In this document: piece after piece, positions 58,876 to 64,000 of the stretch
Numbering within the stretch: position 1 is the stretch's first letter
Layout: the number at the start of each line of letters is the position of its first letter
Source of the DNA: a virus
Taxonomy: Duplodnaviria; Caudoviricetes
DNA: 64,000 nt
Virus record (IMG/VR): IMGVR_UViG_3300010149_000008
Strand: one strand, 5' to 3'
Program-made: the position numbers and the translations under genes
Notes under the pieces: model-generated
What the model saw: the letters and a program-made list of their open reading frames with translations, nothing else
Databases searched by the model: none
Told to the model about the DNA's origin: nothing

Positions 58876-61800
58876 ATGTCAAATAACGATTTAGTTAGAG
58901 TAGAATTTGGAACAGTAACAAACACTGATGATCAAACCATATACAAAGATTTAAATGCCCAATCAGCAAACATAATAGGCACTGCTTTTAAAGGCCCAGC
59001 ATTTGTTCCCCAAGTTTTGTTTAACAGAGCAACCTTAAACGGTGAAATCGTTAGGAATACTATGACTAACGTTTTGGGCACTCATAGACAAAACTTTAGG
59101 GCACATCTTTTTGATGATTATCTTTGCTATCCTGATAGTGAAGCTTATGATGCTGCTTCTACTTGGTTTTCTGGTGGTGGAGAATATGCATATTTTACAA
59201 GAGTTTTAGGTATTGGTAGCGGCGTAAGAAGTAACACGACAGGCAAAATGATAGGTAGTGGATTTAATCTATCTAAAAATATTTCTAGCGGAACACTTGA
59301 TAATAAAATAGGAAGAAATATAAATGCAAATGATGGAGGTGATCCAGGTTCTGTTGGCTTTGTTGTAAGAAAAATTAACGAAGTTGGCAAATCAGATCCT
59401 ACTCCTGATGATTCAACACCTACAAATAATTTAGATTATTTTTCAGAATTAGGATTACCTGATAATTCTTTTATACTAACAGATGTTTATATGTTTGCAG
59501 GAGGCGTTTTGCCTGATTTCCCTTCAACAATATCAGCAGAAAATTCTACTAGCTATGATACAACTACTAAAAATTTTACAGATATAACTTCCCAATTTTT
59601 AGATGCTAGTCTTGATGACACTCAAAGATTACAAGATGTCTTGATGCTAAATTTTAATCCTTATCAAAGTATCAAAGAAGAAGAAGACGCAGAAACTGAT
59701 CTTAACGTTAAAAAGGCGTTTTCTATAAGCACTTCAAGTCAAAATATAAAAACAAAAGAAAACCATTATAACGACGCATCTAGAAGATCGAATCAGTTTT
59801 TTAATAATTTTATTAATAGAGGACATGTTTTATATTCAAAATACCCTACATGTGGTTTATCTGCAGTTGAAAATAAGACAGCTATATTAAATACTAGACA
59901 ATACCCACAAGATCCAGTCAACTATCCAGACTATAATTCTTTTGAATGTGAGTACCAAACAGCTAAAACACCATGGGTTACTTCACAACCTATCAACAGA
60001 TCAGGATTTAGTACTGCTAATAATGACAATAGATTAAACATACACGATAAAGTTGTTGATTTGTTTAGACTTTGGTCGTTAGATGATGGAGAAATAGGAA
60101 ATCGATTTAGAATAAAAATAAACATTAAAGAGTGTGGTGATACTAGTTACGTAAAGCCTAATAAAGTTGATCCTGATTTTAATATCTTAAAAGCAGATGA
60201 TGACATGTATTCTTCTTTTGACCTGTATATTTTTGAATATGACCCTAGAGTAAATGCTTATATTGATTTACAAGTACCTGATGGTGATGACGGTTCTGGT
60301 AGACTTTATAAACCTGTAGAAACTTATCTTGATTTAAACTTAAACCCAGACTCAGACAAGTATATTGGACGTGTTATAGGGACAAAGCATACATTTTATG
60401 ATTTTGATAGTGACATGATAAAAGTTACAGGCAAGTATGAAAATAAAAGCAAATATTTAAGAGTAGAAATACATGAAGATATAGAGGCAAAAAAGTATGA
60501 CACAGAAGATGGACCTATACAACATCGATTATTACCAGCAGGATTTAAATCTTACCCACATATTGAATTAAACAAAGCTGCTTTTAGTGGACATTACAAC
60601 GCAGGTGATACACCTATAACTACAACTCAGCTAGACAATATTTTTGTTGGTGAAAAGGTTTATCATTTGCCGCCACAGTATGCTTTACACTATCACATTG
60701 ACGATGCACTTGCTTCTGAAGGTGGTGATATACAAAACAATTGGGGTGTATTGTTTTGCCCGTCGATGTTAGAAAATACTAATAATAAGTTTTTTTTAGA
60801 CAGAGTGCAAGAAGAAAATAGAGAATCTGGCGGTACTGGTGAAGAACATGTTTTTCCTCTTTCACCTCATTTTTACTATTCAAAATATTTCTTATCAGGA
60901 ATTCAGGAAACAAACGCAGACGGAGATCTAGTACAATCACTAACAAAAAACGTGTGGATTGAAGAAAATAACTACTTAAATTCATTTTTTCACTTAGAAA
61001 AGATCGTTTTTAAAAATGAATTAGATACCGATAGCGTACTAATAAGTTCTTTTGTAGGTGATGAAAGAAAAGATATGAGTTATAAACATTCTGGAAGAGC
61101 AGTAATAGGTAATGACAATTACGAGTACATAAATTTATCAGAGGACAATAGTTTAATATGGGACAATAACAATAGACTGTTAAAAGATAAATTTAGAAAT
61201 AAGCTTTCTTTTGACTTTTTTACTTACGGTGGCTTTGATGGAGTTGATTTAAGAGATAATGATAAAAGGTTGTTAAGAAATGATGCAATAATAAGAGAGA
61301 TAGCAGGTGAAGAACAAGGATCAGAAACAAATGGTGCAACATATAATTCATATAAAAAAGCAATAAGCATAGCAACAGACGATGCATATACTACAGCTGA
61401 TCTTTTAGTTGTTCCCGGGATTAAAGAAATACCGCTGATTAGACAATGTGTAAATGCTTGTGAAGACTCAAGAACACAAGACATGTTTTTTATAGGTGAC
61501 GTTTCTGGTGCATGCTCTTCAGTCGACATAACTTTTGCAAATCAAACAATTGTTCTAGTTGAAGATGCAACGCCTGATGATGAAATTGACAATAATGTTT
61601 ATAGTAATAAGCCTGTTAAGGTTTCGAAAGGTGTAATGGGCAATTATACAATACTTAATAGCAATTTAAACAACAGTTACAGAAGAGACACATCAAAAAC
61701 AAGAGCTGAAGGTAGATTTATTCTTACTGATAAGAATGTTCCTTTATTGGGAGATGTACAAACATTTTATTCTTATAAAAATGTAGTTAAAAGTCAATTT

Positions 61801-62571
61801 AATAATATAGTAAATTTATGGCCAACATTTTTTATTGAAAGCAGATATTTTCTACCTGTATTAGGTGATGTTATTGCAACTAATGCAGATAGTGAGTTAG
61901 ATAAAAAGATTGGACCAGAAACTGTTGCCTTAGGATTGATTGCAAAAAATGGTCTAAGAGATAGTTTAGTTAATTCAACTACACCTTCTTTTTTAGAAAA
62001 CTTTAATGTTAGCATGCGTCTATTAGATGATGTAAACTTAAATGCAAGAGACATTAATTTTGAAACAAATTCTGATCGTGCAAAAAAAGCAGGAATAAAT
62101 TTGTTGTATAACAATACTGAAGCAGATACATTTAAGCTATTGAGTCAAAATACAGCTTATGTAGAAAGAGGATCTTTGTTCAAAGATCAAGGTGTTGTAA
62201 GAACAATTCAGCAAATTAAAAAAAGAATAATGTTTGACATGTTTTTAAATCAACAGTTTGTTGAAGGAGGATTCTTTTTTGGACAGAATTCTAATTTAAC
62301 AAATATGTATCAAAAGCTAGAGATACAATTAAACAATATACTGACTACTTTTATTGAAGAAGGTTTGATTACAGACTATAAAGTAAGAATACCACAAAGT
62401 GATGATGATCAAACTATGTTAGATATGCAAAACTATATACTTAGAGGAAATATTATTTTACAAATGGGCATCTCAGATACAATAGACATAACACTAGACG
62501 AGATATTACAAGATCTGAGTTTGACTGCAGATCCAGTCAATGGTGCTGTTTTAGTACCTAGAATACCTTGA
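58876..62571 (+). CDS. Tail sheath-like protein 3 (divergent paralogue)
   Basis: GTAFKGPAFVPQ, TAKTPWVTSQ, LFRLWSLDDG, LNPDSDKYIGRVIG, GGFDGVD and LLVVPGI match sheath 1/2; the WFAPAG/NVRRL core is degenerate. Confidence 0.8.
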   Translation: MSNNDLVRVEFGTVTNTDDQTIYKDLNAQSANIIGTAFKGPAFVPQVLFNRATLNGEIVRNTMTNVLGTHRQNFRAHLFDDYLCYPDSEAYDAASTWFSGGGEYAYFTRVLGIGSGVRSNTTGKMIGSGFNLSKNISSGTLDNKIGRNINANDGGDPGSVGFVVRKINEVGKSDPTPDDSTPTNNLDYFSELGLPDNSFILTDVYMFAGGVLPDFPSTISAENSTSYDTTTKNFTDITSQFLDASLDDTQRLQDVLMLNFNPYQSIKEEEDAETDLNVKKAFSISTSSQNIKTKENHYNDASRRSNQFFNNFINRGHVLYSKYPTCGLSAVENKTAILNTRQYPQDPVNYPDYNSFECEYQTAKTPWVTSQPINRSGFSTANNDNRLNIHDKVVDLFRLWSLDDGEIGNRFRIKINIKECGDTSYVKPNKVDPDFNILKADDDMYSSFDLYIFEYDPRVNAYIDLQVPDGDDGSGRLYKPVETYLDLNLNPDSDKYIGRVIGTKHTFYDFDSDMIKVTGKYENKSKYLRVEIHEDIEAKKYDTEDGPIQHRLLPAGFKSYPHIELNKAAFSGHYNAGDTPITTTQLDNIFVGEKVYHLPPQYALHYHIDDALASEGGDIQNNWGVLFCPSMLENTNNKFFLDRVQEENRESGGTGEEHVFPLSPHFYYSKYFLSGIQETNADGDLVQSLTKNVWIEENNYLNSFFHLEKIVFKNELDTDSVLISSFVGDERKDMSYKHSGRAVIGNDNYEYINLSEDNSLIWDNNNRLLKDKFRNKLSFDFFTYGGFDGVDLRDNDKRLLRNDAIIREIAGEEQGSETNGATYNSYKKAISIATDDAYTTADLLVVPGIKEIPLIRQCVNACEDSRTQDMFFIGDVSGACSSVDITFANQTIVLVEDATPDDEIDNNVYSNKPVKVSKGVMGNYTILNSNLNNSYRRDTSKTRAEGRFILTDKNVPLLGDVQTFYSYKNVVKSQFNNIVNLWPTFFIESRYFLPVLGDVIATNADSELDKKIGPETVALGLIAKNGLRDSLVNSTTPSFLENFNVSMRLLDDVNLNARDINFETNSDRAKKAGINLLYNNTEADTFKLLSQNTAYVERGSLFKDQGVVRTIQQIKKRIMFDMFLNQQFVEGGFFFGQNSNLTNMYQKLEIQLNNILTTFIEEGLITDYKVRIPQSDDDQTMLDMQNYILRGNIILQMGISDTIDITLDEILQDLSLTADPVNGAVLVPRIP

Positions 62572-62592
62572 TATTGAGGAGAAATTTAATTT

Positions 62593-63441
62593 ATGAGCAA
62601 TTCTTTAGACACACCAATTAATCCAAACCAAATTAAAAGCGAAGGACCAATTCAGGTTTCTAACGTTATGAAAGATGATTTTGGTTTTGAGATACCCCAA
62701 GAAAGTGTACCTTTGCCTTCTAAAGGGATTATTTATCCTGTTGATGGACCACTTTATGGACAAGAAACAATTGATATTAGACCAATGACAGCAAGAGAAG
62801 AAGACATACTTACGTCTCGTGCTTATATTAAGAATGGATCTGTATTAACTAAGCTTTTAGGTTCATGTATCGTTAACAAAACAATTGACCCAGATAATCT
62901 GATTAGTGGTGATAGGAATGCACTTCTTGTTTCATTAAGAATTACAGGCTACGGAGCAGACTATGATGTCGAAGTTGATTGTCCTGAGTGTGGTACTAAG
63001 AGTAAACAAACTTTTGATTTATCACAGTTATCAATTAAAAGATTAGATGTTGAGCCTGTTATTGAAGGAGACAATCTTTTTGAGATTGAGCTACCTGTTA
63101 CAAAAAGAAGCGTTCGAGTAAAGTTCTTGACTGGCCATGACGAGCGTGAAATGATGGTTATTAATGAAAGAAAGAAAAAGAGCGGAATGAAAGTTGAAAC
63201 TGCAATTACTGACAGACTAACACGTTCAATAGTTTCAGTTAATGGCATTACAGACAGAAATAAGCTTACTTTCTTTGTTAAAAACTTGCCAGCTCGAGAT
63301 TCTTTAGCTCTTCGAAGATTTCTAGACAAGCATGAGCCAGGAATTATAATGAAGTCTTGGATGAATTGCCCTTCATGTCATGAGCAAAGCGAGGTGGGCC
63401 TACCTATGGGAGCGTCGTTTTTTTGGCCTGACACCGAATAA
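62593..63441 (+). CDS. gp26: Baseplate hub assembly/tail chaperone protein (T4 gp26-like)
   Basis: VPLPSKG, RPMTAREEDIL, DRNALLVSLR..GYG, CPECG, CPSC. Confidence 0.8.
   Translation: MSNSLDTPINPNQIKSEGPIQVSNVMKDDFGFEIPQESVPLPSKGIIYPVDGPLYGQETIDIRPMTAREEDILTSRAYIKNGSVLTKLLGSCIVNKTIDPDNLISGDRNALLVSLRITGYGADYDVEVDCPECGTKSKQTFDLSQLSIKRLDVEPVIEGDNLFEIELPVTKRSVRVKFLTGHDEREMMVINERKKKSGMKVETAITDRLTRSIVSVNGITDRNKLTFFVKNLPARDSLALRRFLDKHEPGIIMKSWMNCPSCHEQSEVGLPMGASFFWPDTE
63418..63424 (+). promoter_or_regulatory. Putative programmed frameshift site (T7 run, TTT TTT T)
   Basis: A +1/-2 slip joins the gp26-like frame (ASFF) to the overlapping frame (GLTPNNKDLYLEQIF...). Confidence 0.5.
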
Positions 63442-63652
63442 TAAAGATTTATATTTGGAACAAATATTTATCTTAATGTATCATCTAGGCTTTACGTATT
63501 ATGATGCTTATAAGTGCCCCGTCTGGCAAAGGTTTTGGTTTATAAATAGATTTAAGAAGGAACTAGACGTAGCTAAAGAAAACAATCAAAATCCATACTC
63601 AACATCAAAAAGAAATAATAGCGGAAGTAGATCATATCGTAAAGCTTTTTAA
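63419..63652 (+). CDS. gp51/G-T-like chaperone extension frame
   Basis: IFILMYHLGFTYYDAYKCPVWQRFWFINRF; no good RBS/start after the upstream stop. Confidence 0.55.
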   Translation, partial: FFGLTPNNKDLYLEQIFILMYHLGFTYYDAYKCPVWQRFWFINRFKKELDVAKENNQNPYSTSKRNNSGSRSYRKAF

Positions 63653-63686
63653 TATATAATTACAATAAAGGATTAGAGGCTTTTAA

Positions 63687-63944
63687 ATGAAATACATTAA
63701 CGAAAAAGAATTGTTTTTACATAATATTGCAGCAAAATACATCATAGGCGAAAATGTTGAAGTTGAGCTAGATGGAAACTATGCTGAGCTTGTTTGTCTC
63801 AAAGAACTACTTGATATTTCTAAAGAACTAAAAATTTCATTAGATGAATGTAATTCTTTAGACGTCATTATAGACATAATGCAAAAAAAGAAAGATATTA
63901 CATGTAAATTTGAAAGCTTAACAGGTATTTCCTGGAGACTCTAA
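63687..63944 (+). CDS. Hypothetical protein
   Basis: 85-aa ORF with GAGG RBS and ATAATTACA motif 31 nt upstream. Confidence 0.6.
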   Translation: MKYINEKELFLHNIAAKYIIGENVEVELDGNYAELVCLKELLDISKELKISLDECNSLDVIIDIMQKKKDITCKFESLTGISWRL

Positions 63945-64000
63945 TGAACGTTATTCAACAACAGCTAGATGTATCAAAAAGTCTGCTTTCTGCATTAGAT
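63944..64000 (+). CDS. Partial ORF running off the window (possibly tape measure)
   Basis: TAATG overlap; MNVIQQQLDVSKSLLSALD; position after hub/chaperone genes. Confidence 0.35.
   Translation, partial: MNVIQQQLDVSKSLLSALD

Noticed and set aside
1836-63329. Numerous short antisense or alternate-frame ORFs in the track (e.g. 3237, 25967, 41435, 41474, 46298, 54316, 62961)
   Set aside because: They are shadows of strongly supported genes or of repeats; they lack RBS and protein-like motifs.
1-64000. Stop-codon recoding (code 15 or 4), as in some large phages
   Set aside because: Long structural genes are uninterrupted in code 11, and TAG/TGA end genes at sensible places (22539, 38548, 42380, 43212, 62571).
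1-64000. Nucleocytoviricota or cellular origin
   Set aside because: T4-type terminase, portal, protease, capsid, sheath and tube genes plus SD sequences indicate a tailed phage.
1-64000. tRNA or rRNA genes
   Set aside because: No cloverleaf or T-loop GTTCRA in intergenic space; intergenic gaps are short.

Overview
A 64-kb segment of a large, AT-rich, T4-like (myovirus-type) jumbo phage genome in the standard genetic code, almost all on the + strand. It covers most of the virion morphogenesis region. In order: a very AT-rich block of large baseplate/fibre-like genes (1-17.6 kb); a RuvC, primase and fused SbcD-SbcC cluster; terminase large subunit, portal, prohead protease, scaffold and major capsid protein; an accessory region of about 11 kb between capsid and neck genes; two paralogous decoration-like genes; neck and tail-completion genes; three tail-sheath paralogues around one tail-tube gene; and a gp26-like hub/chaperone gene with a probable programmed frameshift. 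The accessory region holds glyoxalase, GIY-YIG, PolX, prim-pol, lipoprotein, candidate lysis and kinase-like genes. Most interesting: (1) a shared N-terminal 'L-x-x-I-I-x-E...L-x-E' leader on many unrelated proteins, including a minimal PolX and a kinase-like protein, suggesting a protease-cleaved capsid-targeting cargo system; (2) three sheath genes; (3) a GC-rich structured RNA leader at 44761-44841; (4) an ATANTTA motif mostly 30-40 nt upstream of about 20 genes, a candidate late promoter. No tRNA, rRNA or CRISPR array was seen. All calls come from motif recognition by eye; no database searches were run.
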